This document shows, one piece after another, positions 30,852-40,557 of a stretch of DNA of 51,248 bases. The translations under genes and the position numbers were made by a program. The stretch covers positions 1-51,248 of the forward strand of contig JAVRLX010000004.1 in NCBI GenBank assembly GCA_031960985.1, given 5' to 3'. This DNA comes from Campylobacterales bacterium. GTDB lineage: Bacteria > Campylobacterota > Campylobacteria > Campylobacterales > UBA6016. The notes beneath the pieces were generated by a model. The model saw only the letters and a program-made list of their open reading frames with translations, was not told where the DNA came from and ran no database searches. Every line of letters starts with the position of its first letter. The stretch's first letter is position 1.

Positions 30852-31856
30852 ATGAAAAAAATCGGACTGACAATTTGTTTGGCTCTTACTATAAACTCAT
30901 ACGCCAAGACAGACCTCGGTTCGATAAGCTCTTCAATCCCTGTCGCCTCATACATAGTAAAAGAGGTTGGCAGCTCCGAGATGCTAATGGCAAAAAACAA
31001 AGATGCCAGAGTTGAACCAGCTAGCCTTACAAAAATACTAACAAGCATAATAGCTATAGAGAGTGGGAAGCTTGACGATGTAGTCACTATTCCAAAAGAA
31101 GCTACTTTGGTGGAGCCTTCAAAGGCCGGTTTTAAGCCGGGAGAGAAGATAAAACTGCTTGACTTGGTAAAAGCTGCAATGGTAAACTCTAGTAACGACG
31201 CGGCATTTGCAATAGCTATCTACTTAAGTGGAAGTGTGGAAGAGTTTGCAAGGGTTATGAACTACAAAGCAAGACTCATTGGCGCTACAAATTCTAATTT
31301 TACAAATCCAGCTGGGTTTGACAAAGGGGTTTACGCTGGTCACTACTCTACCGCAAGGGATCTTTTAAAAATAACAGAATATGCAATAAAAAATAAGCTT
31401 TTTAATGAGATAGCGCAACTTGAGAGGGTTAGCATAACTGAACTTAGTAGCGGCAAAGTATATAATCTCAAAACCCACAACAGACTGTTAGATAAATACA
31501 AATATGCGGTTGGAATTAAAACTGGATACACTAATAAAGCTGGAAAATGTCTAATTGCAAGAGCTAAAAAAGACAATAAAGATGTGCTTCTTGTTATGTT
31601 AAAAGCAAAGGCCGATAGATGGAGTGTTGCTGAAAATATGTTTGAAAAAGCTTTTGATATGAAAGCTCCGGAGCCTGAAACCATAGAGGATGAAAAAGAG
31701 AGTATAGCATCTGAAAAAGGGTCAGTCCAAAAAGTATCTAAACGAGCTGTGGCTAATAAAGCAAAAATAGCAAAAAGCGGCAGAGTGGCCAAAAAAACTG
31801 TTAAATCAAAAAAGAGACTTAAAGTTGCCCAAAAAACAAGAGGCAATAAGGGTTAG
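30852..31856 (+). CDS. D-alanyl-D-alanine carboxypeptidase (S11, PBP5-type) with a lysine-rich C-terminal tail
   Basis: 334 aa with a signal peptide and SLTK, SSN and KTG(YT) active-site motifs in canonical order. 17 of the last 44 residues are Lys/Arg and none is acidic. Confidence 0.85.
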   Translation: MKKIGLTICLALTINSYAKTDLGSISSSIPVASYIVKEVGSSEMLMAKNKDARVEPASLTKILTSIIAIESGKLDDVVTIPKEATLVEPSKAGFKPGEKIKLLDLVKAAMVNSSNDAAFAIAIYLSGSVEEFARVMNYKARLIGATNSNFTNPAGFDKGVYAGHYSTARDLLKITEYAIKNKLFNEIAQLERVSITELSSGKVYNLKTHNRLLDKYKYAVGIKTGYTNKAGKCLIARAKKDNKDVLLVMLKAKADRWSVAENMFEKAFDMKAPEPETIEDEKESIASEKGSVQKVSKRAVANKAKIAKSGRVAKKTVKSKKRLKVAQKTRGNKG

Positions 31857-31860
31857 TAGC

Positions 31861-31889
31861 AAAAATGTCAAGTACTGCTTGACATTTTT
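31861..31889 (+). terminator. rho-independent terminator after the carboxypeptidase gene
   Basis: Perfect 12-bp inverted repeat AAAAATGTCAAG-tactg-CTTGACATTTTT, ending in a T-run. Confidence 0.7.
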
Positions 31890-31942
31890 CTTTATCCACA
31901 CTACAATTCATTTAACATAACTTCATAACAAAGAGTAAATCT

Positions 31943-33082
31943 ATGAATAAAATATCTGTTATTTTGGCGGCATTCCTGCTGTCGGCAAGTATCATTTTTA
32001 CCGGTTGCGAACGTCCGAAAATGAATGGAATGGAGGCGGCTCCAATTGGACCGTTGCCTGTAGTATCAGAGAAGGTAAAAGCCGCAAATCTGCCGGCTAC
32101 ATTGAAAGCAACTGGTCAGACTCAGGCGTTTAATACCGTTCAGATATATTCAAGGGTAAACGGATACCTTAAAAAAAGAAACTATACCGAAGGCGGCAGG
32201 GTATCTGAAGGGGATATTTTGTTTACAATTGATCCAGCAGATTTTATAAATGCAAGAGACTCCGCAAAAGCAGCTTTAATGCAAGCCGAGGCCGCACATG
32301 AGAACGCAAAAGCGGTATTAAATAGGGTAAAGCCATTGGTTGAAGCAAATGCGGCAAGCAAGCAAGAGTATGATAATGCGGTAGCAAATGAGAGAACAAC
32401 CGCCGCCGCCGTAGCTAGCGCGAAGGCTTTGTATGAGCAAGCCGAGCTAAATTTAGGATATACGAAAATAAAATCTCCAGTATCTGGATATGCAGATAAA
32501 TCAAAAATAGACATAGGCACTTTCATAACGGCAGGGGCAAATGGACTTCTTACCACCGTTTATCAGACCGATCCAATGTATGTTAATTTTAGTTTTAGCG
32601 AAAATGAGAGACTTGCTTATCAAAATGCTTTAGCTTCCGGCAAACTGGTAGCTCCTAAAAGCGGTAAATATGAAGTTGAATTGACGCTTGGAGATGGTAG
32701 TGTCGTAAATAGAGTTGGAGATATTAGCTTTACAGCGCCTTTTTTTGACACTGCTACAGGGACTATGAGCTACCGCGCTACTTTCAAAAATTCAGATAAC
32801 AAGCTCGCTCCAGGGCAGTTTGTCCGCGTAAAAGTAAAAGGGCTTGAATGGAAAGATTCGGTATCTGTTCCGCAAAAAGCTGTTCTTACAGGAGAGAAGG
32901 GGCAATTTGTGTATATATGCGAAGCCAACAATACGGTAAGTGCTAGACCTGTTCGAATAGGCGAGTGGATTGGCAAGGATGTCATTGTGACAGATGGCTT
33001 AAAAGCGGGAGAAGAGATAGTCGTGGATGGAGTTGCCAAACTAAGACCGGGCGCCGAGATTATTAAAACCCCTGCAAAGTAA
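31943..33082 (+). CDS. RND efflux periplasmic adaptor (membrane fusion protein) lipoprotein
   Basis: 379 aa with lipobox IFTGC, a coiled-coil hairpin and HlyD/AcrA-like lipoyl and beta-barrel regions. It is the first gene of a three-gene efflux operon. Confidence 0.9.
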   Translation: MNKISVILAAFLLSASIIFTGCERPKMNGMEAAPIGPLPVVSEKVKAANLPATLKATGQTQAFNTVQIYSRVNGYLKKRNYTEGGRVSEGDILFTIDPADFINARDSAKAALMQAEAAHENAKAVLNRVKPLVEANAASKQEYDNAVANERTTAAAVASAKALYEQAELNLGYTKIKSPVSGYADKSKIDIGTFITAGANGLLTTVYQTDPMYVNFSFSENERLAYQNALASGKLVAPKSGKYEVELTLGDGSVVNRVGDISFTAPFFDTATGTMSYRATFKNSDNKLAPGQFVRVKVKGLEWKDSVSVPQKAVLTGEKGQFVYICEANNTVSARPVRIGEWIGKDVIVTDGLKAGEEIVVDGVAKLRPGAEIIKTPAK

Positions 33083-33097
33083 TAGGGAGCTAGCTAT

Positions 33098-36000
33098 ATG
33101 TTTAGTAAATTTTTTATAAGTAAGCCCGTATTATCTGCAGTTATTGCAATTATTATTATGATACTTGGATTTAACGCCATAAGGGGCCTCCCGATATCGC
33201 AATTTCCAAATCTAACTCCGCCTACGGTTGTTGTAAGCGCCTATTATCCAGGGGCAGATGCGGAAACTATTGCAAATAATATTTTAACCCCCCTTGAGGG
33301 GCAAATATCAGGGACAGATGGCCTTATGTATATGACGGGTAAAGCCTCTGCTCTATCTGGTACAGCTTCAATAACTTGTACATTTAATGTTGGCGTAAAT
33401 CAAGATTTAGCCGCGGTTGATATACAAAATAGAATCAACTCGGTTTTATCTCAGTTGCCTCAAGTAACAAGAGATCTTGGGGTAACGGTTGAAAAAAGGA
33501 CATCCGATATTTTGCTTATCGTATCTATAACATCTCCCGATGGTAGTATGTCAGATACGCAAATAAGCAACTACATTTTAACCAACATACTCGATGAAAT
33601 CAAAAAAATTCCAGGCGCTGGACGCTCTCAGATATTTGGTCGAAAAGATTATGCTATTAGGGTATGGACCGATCCAGATAAGATGGCAAAGCTTGGTGTA
33701 ACTGCTACAGATGTCGCCGTGGCGATTAAAGATCAAAATATACAAGTAGCGCCCGGTAGAATTGGTCAAGCTCCAAGTGATAACAAACAGATGTGGACTA
33801 TGCAACTTAACGCCAAAGGGAGATTTTCCACCCCAGAGGAGTTTGAAAATATTATTATCCGCTCAAACCCAGATGGCTCTGCAATAAAATTAAAAGATAT
33901 TGCAAAAGTGGAGCTTGGAAGTCAAAATTATGAGTATTTTGCAAGAGTTGGCCAAAAGCCGGCGGCGGTTATAGGTATATTTGCCGATACAAACGCAAAT
34001 GCCCTCGATACAGCTGAAGCTGTTTATAAAAAAATGGATGAGCTTTCCAAAAAATTCCCTCCTAGCATACAATACTCCATCCCTTACGATACGACACAGT
34101 TTATCAAAATATCTATTGAAGAAGTTGTTAAGACGCTCGTAGAGGCAATTATCCTTGTAAGCCTTGTAATTTATCTCTTTTTGCAAAGCTGGAGGGCGGC
34201 GCTTATACCTATATTGTCGGTTCCAGTCTCTTTAACTGGCGCTTTTATAGGGATGTATGTGCTTGGATACTCGATTAATACACTCACCCTATTTGGTCTT
34301 GTCCTTGCTATTGGTATTGTCGTGGATGATGCTATTGTTGTTATTGAAAATATGGAGAGGATACTCCAAAGTGAGGCTTTAAGCCCAAGAGAGGCGGCGA
34401 TTAAAGCTATGTTGCAAGTATCTGGACCAGTTATAGCGATAGTTCTTGTAATGTGCGCTGTGTTTATTCCGGCTACATTTGTGGGTGGTATGACGGGGCA
34501 ACTCTATAAGCAGTTTGCGGCAACTATTGCTATTTCGGTTGTATTTTCAGGTTTTATGGCTATCTCTTTTGCCCCTGCGATAGGCGCTTTGATACTAAAA
34601 AAACAACATGCTGAGCCTGCAAGATTTTTTAGATGGTTTAATGCCAAATTTGGACTCATGACCGATAAATATGTTAATCGCTCCGCGTGGATGATAAGAA
34701 AATCGACGCTTGTGTTTTTCGTATATCTCTCCACTTATGGCTTTATATACTATCTTCACAAAACCCTTCCAACAGCGTTTGTTCCTATGGAGGATCAAGG
34801 GTATTTTATTACAAGCATTAACCTTCCAGATGGGGCTACAACAAATAGAACACTGGAGGTTGTCAAAGAGGTTGAAAATATACTTGCTAATGAGCCAGGT
34901 GTGTATATGTATACAGCGGTTACAGGGCTTAATATTATGACATTTTCACAAGAGCCAAATTCGGCGGCTGTGTTTGTCCGTCTTACGCCTTGGGAAGAGA
35001 GAACTACAAAAGAGCTAAAACTATTTGGTATATTAGAGTCTGTATCCAAAAAATACAAAGATATAAAAAGCGCTAATGTAATAGCTATGCCGCCTCCGCC
35101 GATAAGGGGTATGGGGCCTTCAAATATGTTTAATTTTAGATTGCTTCAAATGGGCGATAGCAATATGACCAAGCTCGCCGCAACTACAAATAATTTCTTA
35201 AAAGAGTTGCAAAATGAAAAAAGTCTAAAATCCTCTTTTACAACGATGAGAGCAAATACCCCTACATTATTTGTCGATGTGGATAGAGAGAAGGCTAAAT
35301 CATTTGGCGTTGCAATATCCGATATTTTTACAGCACTTCAAGCTAGTATTGGTTATATGAATATCAATCAATTTGACAAAAATGGCAAAGTATACTGGGT
35401 GCAAGTTCAATCTGACGCACAATATAGAGCTAAACCAGAAGATATAGGGAGAGCTTGGGTTAGAAGCGCTAATGGAAAAATGGTTCCACTCTCAAATTTT
35501 GTGAGAATCTATCCTTCTAGCGCCCCATCGACAATAGAGCACTTTAATTCCGCTTTATCTACAACCATTATGGGTACTCCAGCCGATGGATATAGCTCCG
35601 GAGAGGTAATAAAAAGGCTTGAAGAGTTGGCAAACCAAAAACTCCCATCAAATACAACATATGATTGGGAGGGGCTTTATCTGCAAGAAAAACTTGTTGG
35701 CTCAAAAGCTTTTGGAATTATGGTGTTTGCTTTAATTTTGGTCTATCTCATACTTGCCGCCTTGTATGAAAAATGGGTGCTTCCTATATCTATCATGCTA
35801 GCCGTTCCATATGGTATAGCTGGAGCATACGCTGTGGTTTGGGCAATACCGTTTCTTAACAACAATGTATATTTCCAAATAGGGCTTTTAACTCTTATTG
35901 GTCTTTCAGCCAAAAATGCGATTTTGGTTGTTCAGTTTGCCGAAGAGCAAAGGCAGCTTGGAAAGAGCATATATGACGCTACGATGGAGGCGGCAAGGCT

Positions 36001-36238
36001 AAGGTTTAGACCTATGATGATGACGTCCGTTGCATTCCTTGCAGGTATGGTCCCGCTTATTATGAGCTCGGGTGCAGGTGCCATGAGTAGATTTTCAATA
36101 GGTGTTGCAATGTTTGGCGGTATGATGGCGGCTACATTTATAGAGAGGTTTTTTATACCATTTCTATACTACTGGGTTGCCACAATTAGAGAAAAAATTC
36201 TTATTAAATTTAAAGGGGGTGCAAATGAAAACCATTAA
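33098..36238 (+). CDS. RND multidrug efflux permease (AcrB/CmeB type)
   Basis: 1046 aa with 12 TM helices and two large periplasmic loops, including the conserved LAIGIVVDDAIVVIEN proton-relay region. Confidence 0.95.
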   Translation: MFSKFFISKPVLSAVIAIIIMILGFNAIRGLPISQFPNLTPPTVVVSAYYPGADAETIANNILTPLEGQISGTDGLMYMTGKASALSGTASITCTFNVGVNQDLAAVDIQNRINSVLSQLPQVTRDLGVTVEKRTSDILLIVSITSPDGSMSDTQISNYILTNILDEIKKIPGAGRSQIFGRKDYAIRVWTDPDKMAKLGVTATDVAVAIKDQNIQVAPGRIGQAPSDNKQMWTMQLNAKGRFSTPEEFENIIIRSNPDGSAIKLKDIAKVELGSQNYEYFARVGQKPAAVIGIFADTNANALDTAEAVYKKMDELSKKFPPSIQYSIPYDTTQFIKISIEEVVKTLVEAIILVSLVIYLFLQSWRAALIPILSVPVSLTGAFIGMYVLGYSINTLTLFGLVLAIGIVVDDAIVVIENMERILQSEALSPREAAIKAMLQVSGPVIAIVLVMCAVFIPATFVGGMTGQLYKQFAATIAISVVFSGFMAISFAPAIGALILKKQHAEPARFFRWFNAKFGLMTDKYVNRSAWMIRKSTLVFFVYLSTYGFIYYLHKTLPTAFVPMEDQGYFITSINLPDGATTNRTLEVVKEVENILANEPGVYMYTAVTGLNIMTFSQEPNSAAVFVRLTPWEERTTKELKLFGILESVSKKYKDIKSANVIAMPPPPIRGMGPSNMFNFRLLQMGDSNMTKLAATTNNFLKELQNEKSLKSSFTTMRANTPTLFVDVDREKAKSFGVAISDIFTALQASIGYMNINQFDKNGKVYWVQVQSDAQYRAKPEDIGRAWVRSANGKMVPLSNFVRIYPSSAPSTIEHFNSALSTTIMGTPADGYSSGEVIKRLEELANQKLPSNTTYDWEGLYLQEKLVGSKAFGIMVFALILVYLILAALYEKWVLPISIMLAVPYGIAGAYAVVWAIPFLNNNVYFQIGLLTLIGLSAKNAILVVQFAEEQRQLGKSIYDATMEAARLRFRPMMMTSVAFLAGMVPLIMSSGAGAMSRFSIGVAMFGGMMAATFIERFFIPFLYYWVATIREKILIKFKGGANENH

Positions 36239-37667
36239 TGCCATCCCTTTTTATGCGTGTGTAACACTCTTACTAACAGGTTGTGCTATAGGTCCAAACT
36301 ATGAAAAGCCAAGCATTGAGGCCCCAAAACAATATACGAAATCAGATGTTGTAAAAGCCGATAAAAATGTAACCAATATAGATAAAAAGTGGTGGAAAAG
36401 CTTTGGTGATGATGGGCTTGCGGCTGCAATTGACAAGGCGATAGAGGCGAACTATGACATCAAAATAGCGTCTGCTCAAGTAGATGCGGTTTTGGGGCAG
36501 TTTGATGAAGCCAAATCGTATTTGTATCCGCATATCAATGCATCTGGCTCGCTAACTAGAAAAGGCGTCAGCGGTTCAACTGATAATAATATGAAAAACG
36601 GGGTAACTAATACATTTGCGGCCTCTTTGACGATGGCAAGTTATGAGATAGACCTTTTTGGAAAAGTTCGTCGCGCCACTGAGGCGGCGAGAGCCATACT
36701 ACTTGCGAGCGAATACAATAGAAGGGCTACGCATCTATCGGTAGCCTCTGCGACTGCCGCCTCATATGCTAGACTTTCATCTATAAACGCACAGATTGAA
36801 ATCGCCAAAGAGAATATACTAACTGCATCTGAAATAGAGAAAATAACAAAGAAAAAATACGATTTAGGCTACGCATCTGAGGTAGATTGGTTGCAAAGTC
36901 TCTCCCAATTAGAGGGGGCAAAAGCCGCGCTAGCGCAACTAGAGGCTTCCAAAATAGTTGAGAGCGCCACTTTGAATGTACTACTGGGGCAAAACCCAAC
37001 CAAAGTGGATACTTCTGCAATAGATAATATCAAGATACCTGTCGTTCCGGTAGGGCTTCCAAGTGAAATACTTGCCAGAAGACCGGATATCAAAGCGGCT
37101 GAACAAAACCTAATAGCCGCAAATGCAAAAATAGGCGTAGCCAAAGGGGCTTATTTTCCAAGTATTAGCTTAACTGGAATGTTTGGAAATCAAAGCGCTG
37201 AGTTTAGCAAGCTTTTTAGCTCTCCGACTAAGCTTTGGCAAGTGGCGCCATCTATTAATCTTCCTATTTTTACAGCTGGGATGATAGCAGGGCAGGTTAA
37301 AGAGGCTGAAGCTGGCAAAGAGCAAGCTCTTGCCCAATATCAAAAAACTATTATAGCGGCTTTTAATGATGTCGATAGCGCCATAGGGCAAAACTATCAC
37401 GCAAAAGAGCAAGACGAAGCTAGCGAGAAGAGGGCTCTTGCTATGCAAAAAGCTTTTGAAAGCGCCAAGCTTAGATATAAAGTCGGCTCTATATCTTATG
37501 CCGATATGCTAATAGTTCAGCAAAATTGGCTTAGCGCTAAGCAACAAGCGATAATAGCAAAGCAAAACAGGATTATAACTACAATCAATCTATACAAAGC
37601 TCTCGGCGGCGGCTGGGATGATAAAGAGACGCCTGAGTTTCCAAGTTTATTGCCGGCAGGAAGATAA
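36225..37667 (+). CDS. efflux outer-membrane factor lipoprotein (NodT/CmeC family)
   Basis: Lipobox LLTGC and a duplicated OEP repeat. The start is placed at ATG 36225 (MKTINAIPFYAC...), overlapping the permease 3' end by 14 nt. Confidence 0.9.
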   Translation: MKTINAIPFYACVTLLLTGCAIGPNYEKPSIEAPKQYTKSDVVKADKNVTNIDKKWWKSFGDDGLAAAIDKAIEANYDIKIASAQVDAVLGQFDEAKSYLYPHINASGSLTRKGVSGSTDNNMKNGVTNTFAASLTMASYEIDLFGKVRRATEAARAILLASEYNRRATHLSVASATAASYARLSSINAQIEIAKENILTASEIEKITKKKYDLGYASEVDWLQSLSQLEGAKAALAQLEASKIVESATLNVLLGQNPTKVDTSAIDNIKIPVVPVGLPSEILARRPDIKAAEQNLIAANAKIGVAKGAYFPSISLTGMFGNQSAEFSKLFSSPTKLWQVAPSINLPIFTAGMIAGQVKEAEAGKEQALAQYQKTIIAAFNDVDSAIGQNYHAKEQDEASEKRALAMQKAFESAKLRYKVGSISYADMLIVQQNWLSAKQQAIIAKQNRIITTINLYKALGGGWDDKETPEFPSLLPAGR

Positions 37668-37719
37668 AAAAAGTTTTGTAGGAGTAAAATTAGGTAATCC
37701 TATCTAATAAGAGCCTATT

Positions 37720-39408
37720 TTGAAAGAGTTTTCCAGCTATCTAAAAGAGTTTAATCCTAGGTTATTTGAGGTTATAAAAGAGGGGTACGGTAAAAAAGAG
37801 TTTTTTGCCGACTCCACTTCAGGTCTTACGGTTGCTATAGTTGCATTGCCACTTGCTATGGCTATTGCTATTGCGAGCGATGTTCCACCATCTGCTGGTA
37901 TTTTTACCGCTATTGTTGCCGGATTTTTTATCTCATTGCTTGGGGGATCTAGGTTTCAAATAGGTGGTCCAACTGCCGCCTTTGCCGTTACCGTTGCTAC
38001 TGTTGTCTCAAAACATGGCATCGATGGATTAGCGCTTGCTACATTGATGGCTGGCGTTATGCTTGTTGTTTTTGGTTTTTTAAGGGCTGGCGTACTTATT
38101 CGATTTATCCCATATCCCGTCCTTACCGGTTTTACCTCCGCAATTGCCCTACTTATATTTTTTGCTCAACTAAAAGAGTTTTTTGGGCTTCAGATCCAAA
38201 ATATCCCAGCCGAATTTACCCCAAGACTTGAGGCATACATTGAGCATATTGACACCCTTAATGTTTATGCAGTAGCGCTCGGCCTTGCCTCTATTGCAAT
38301 TATTGTATTTTTTCAAAAAAAATATCCAAAAATTCCAGGACCACTCGCCGCCGTAGTATTTGGCGCTACTATTGTCTATTTTTTTGGCATTCCGGTTGAG
38401 ACTATAGAGACTAAATTTGGGGCTTTGCCTTCCTTTTTGCCATCGCCATCGTTTCCAAATATTACAATTCAAAAGATGATTTTGGTTTTACCAGATGCTA
38501 TTACGATAGCCACTTTGGCCGCAATAGAGTCTCTCCTTAGCGCCGTGATAGCCGATTCGATGAGCGGCGATAAGCACAAATCAAATACAGAGCTTGTGGC
38601 GCAAGGGGCGGCAAATATAGCATCCGTTATATTTGGAGGGATAGCCGCTACGGGGGCAATAGCTAGAACTGCTACAAATATCAAAGCAAAAGCATTCTCT
38701 CCAGTATCTGGTATGATGCATGCCGTGTGGTTAGCGCTATTTTTGGCGATATTTGCCCCACTAATCGTCAAAGTTCCATTAGCTGTGTTATCTGGAATAC
38801 TTATGGTAATAGCTTGGAATATGAGTGAAATACGACATATTCGCTCAATTATGCGCTCGCCACGCTCTGATAGAGTTGTACTTTTTGTAACATTTACGCT
38901 TACGGTTTTGGTAGATCTAAATTTTGCTGTGCAGGTCGGTATTTCGCTCGCTTCGATACTTTTTATAGCCAAAATTATGAATGTTACAGAGGTTCGTGAA
39001 TCTCAAATTGACGGTTATGATAAAGATGCTACCGACAAAAAAATATTACCAAAAGATACAGTTGTGTATGAGATAACGGGGCCACTATTTTTTGGAATTA
39101 CCGATAAGCTCAAAGATACATTAAAACTTGCCGATTTTTTGCCTAAAGTGTTAATTTTGAGGATGCGACATGTCCCTATGGTAGATGCGGCTGGGATACA
39201 CGCTATTGAGGAGCTGTTTTTTAGTCTTAAAGACAAAGGTGTAACTCTTGTATTATCTGGGATTAAGCCAGAGATAAAGAGATTTTTTGATAAAACTGGG
39301 CTTACTAAACACATTGGAGAGGAAAATATAGTCTCACATATAGATGAGGCGATAATCAGAGCTTACGAAGTCGTTGGAGAAGAGCCTCCTATGTGTATTA
39401 TCCGCTAA
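37720..39408 (+). CDS. SulP-family anion transporter with C-terminal STAS domain
   Basis: 562 aa with SulP signatures (LTVAIVALPLAMAIAIASDVPP, AQGAANIASVIFGGIAATGAIARTA) and a STAS domain (VVYEITGPLFFG...). TTG start. Confidence 0.9.
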   Translation: MKEFSSYLKEFNPRLFEVIKEGYGKKEFFADSTSGLTVAIVALPLAMAIAIASDVPPSAGIFTAIVAGFFISLLGGSRFQIGGPTAAFAVTVATVVSKHGIDGLALATLMAGVMLVVFGFLRAGVLIRFIPYPVLTGFTSAIALLIFFAQLKEFFGLQIQNIPAEFTPRLEAYIEHIDTLNVYAVALGLASIAIIVFFQKKYPKIPGPLAAVVFGATIVYFFGIPVETIETKFGALPSFLPSPSFPNITIQKMILVLPDAITIATLAAIESLLSAVIADSMSGDKHKSNTELVAQGAANIASVIFGGIAATGAIARTATNIKAKAFSPVSGMMHAVWLALFLAIFAPLIVKVPLAVLSGILMVIAWNMSEIRHIRSIMRSPRSDRVVLFVTFTLTVLVDLNFAVQVGISLASILFIAKIMNVTEVRESQIDGYDKDATDKKILPKDTVVYEITGPLFFGITDKLKDTLKLADFLPKVLILRMRHVPMVDAAGIHAIEELFFSLKDKGVTLVLSGIKPEIKRFFDKTGLTKHIGEENIVSHIDEAIIRAYEVVGEEPPMCIIR

Positions 39409-39454
39409 GCTTTTGTTTGGCAAAATCTATAGAAAAAATAGGGGGTGGTTTAAA

Positions 39455-40207
39455 ATGGAGAGAAGGGATTTTATCAGATTTGTCGCCGCTGGCGTAGCTG
39501 CAACTACTGCAGCGCCTTTGGTTGCTTCTGGCCATGAAGGTAGAGATAATTTTGTAATAAATGATATTAGAGAAATTTCAAACAAAATGCTTAACGAAAT
39601 CTTTCGATCAAACGAGTATTACAAAAGGAGTAAAAACAAGGCTTTTTTTGAATCATTTGTGGCCTCGCAACACCCTAAGGTTACACTTGTAGGGTGCTCT
39701 GACTCTAGATTTCAAATCAACTCTATTGATACAACCCCTGAAAATGATATTTTTGTAATTAGGAATATAGGCAATCAATTTGCCTCCAATCCAGGATCTA
39801 TCGAGTATGGGGTGCACCATTTGCATACTCCGCTACTTATATTTATGGGGCATACAAGGTGCGGCGCTATTAAGGCCGCTTTGTCAGATTATTCAAAAGA
39901 GAGTTTGAATATTAGAAAAGAGGTAGACTCTTTAGCTTTATCTGTAAGAAAATCTTCAGGCGGCAGTAGCGAAAATGAAAAATGGCTCAATGCAGTTATA
40001 TCAAATGTTCACGAGCAGGTATGCGTTGCCAAGAGAGAATTTGAAGGTGAAGTAAAAAGTGGCAAGTTAACGATAGTTGGGATGATTTACGACTTTGCAA
40101 ACGATTTAAAAGAGGGGTATGGGAGCATTAAAGTTATAAATGTAAATGGAGAAACCGATATAATGAAAATAAAAGAGACGCCAATTTTTAGGAGTGTAAT
40201 CTCCTAG
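39455..40207 (+). CDS. beta-class carbonic anhydrase with a twin-arginine signal peptide
   Basis: Zn-ligand motifs GCSDSRF and GHTRCGA. The N-terminus MERRDFIRFVAAGVAATTAAPLVASG fits the Tat consensus (RRxFI/LK plus a hydrophobic region). The start is placed at ATG 39455, after GGGGGTGG. Confidence 0.85.
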   Translation: MERRDFIRFVAAGVAATTAAPLVASGHEGRDNFVINDIREISNKMLNEIFRSNEYYKRSKNKAFFESFVASQHPKVTLVGCSDSRFQINSIDTTPENDIFVIRNIGNQFASNPGSIEYGVHHLHTPLLIFMGHTRCGAIKAALSDYSKESLNIRKEVDSLALSVRKSSGGSSENEKWLNAVISNVHEQVCVAKREFEGEVKSGKLTIVGMIYDFANDLKEGYGSIKVINVNGETDIMKIKETPIFRSVIS

Positions 40208-40464
40208 TAGCGACTCTGTTTTCTCCATATATCTTGAAGTTTTTGGGTGTAATATTCGATTGTTTGTTGTTTTGTTCTAATGTTTTTTTCGCCGAGCCTT
40301 GCTACGAATCTAGCTACATCGGCGATTAGCCAGGTGTCTTCAACAGAAGACGAGCTATCGATTTTTTCAGCTACTTCGTGTGTTTCGGCTTCGACTTGCT
40401 CTCTTGTTAAAAACATTTTGTTGTATTTTTTAAAGAGCCTAGCCTCTATGGTTTTTGCGCTCAT
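40204..40464 (-). CDS. hypothetical 86-aa soluble protein
   Basis: An ORF with an ATG start and helical, charged composition; I do not recognise the family. Its stop overlaps the carbonic anhydrase stop in the palindrome CTAG (40204-40207). Confidence 0.5.
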   Translation of the reverse strand: MSAKTIEARLFKKYNKMFLTREQVEAETHEVAEKIDSSSSVEDTWLIADVARFVARLGEKNIRTKQQTIEYYTQKLQDIWRKQSRY

Positions 40465-40557
40465 CTAACTCTCTTAGGCAAAATTTTTTGTTGTATTTTA
40501 TCAAAACTTTAGGTTTTTTTATCAAAATTTTTTAAGTGTTTTCTAAAAGGGTGTTAA

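Noticed and set aside
30776-31015. A 79-aa plus-strand ORF overlapping the start of the carboxypeptidase gene.
   Set aside because: It is out of frame with a gene that has a good RBS and signal peptide. It has a basic low-complexity sequence and no support.
38469-38972. A 167-aa minus-strand ORF inside sulP. Similar antisense ORFs occur inside the dacA-like gene (31343-31846), guaB (12631-13161) and the RND permease.
   Set aside because: These are antisense shadow frames of well-supported genes with no independent signals.
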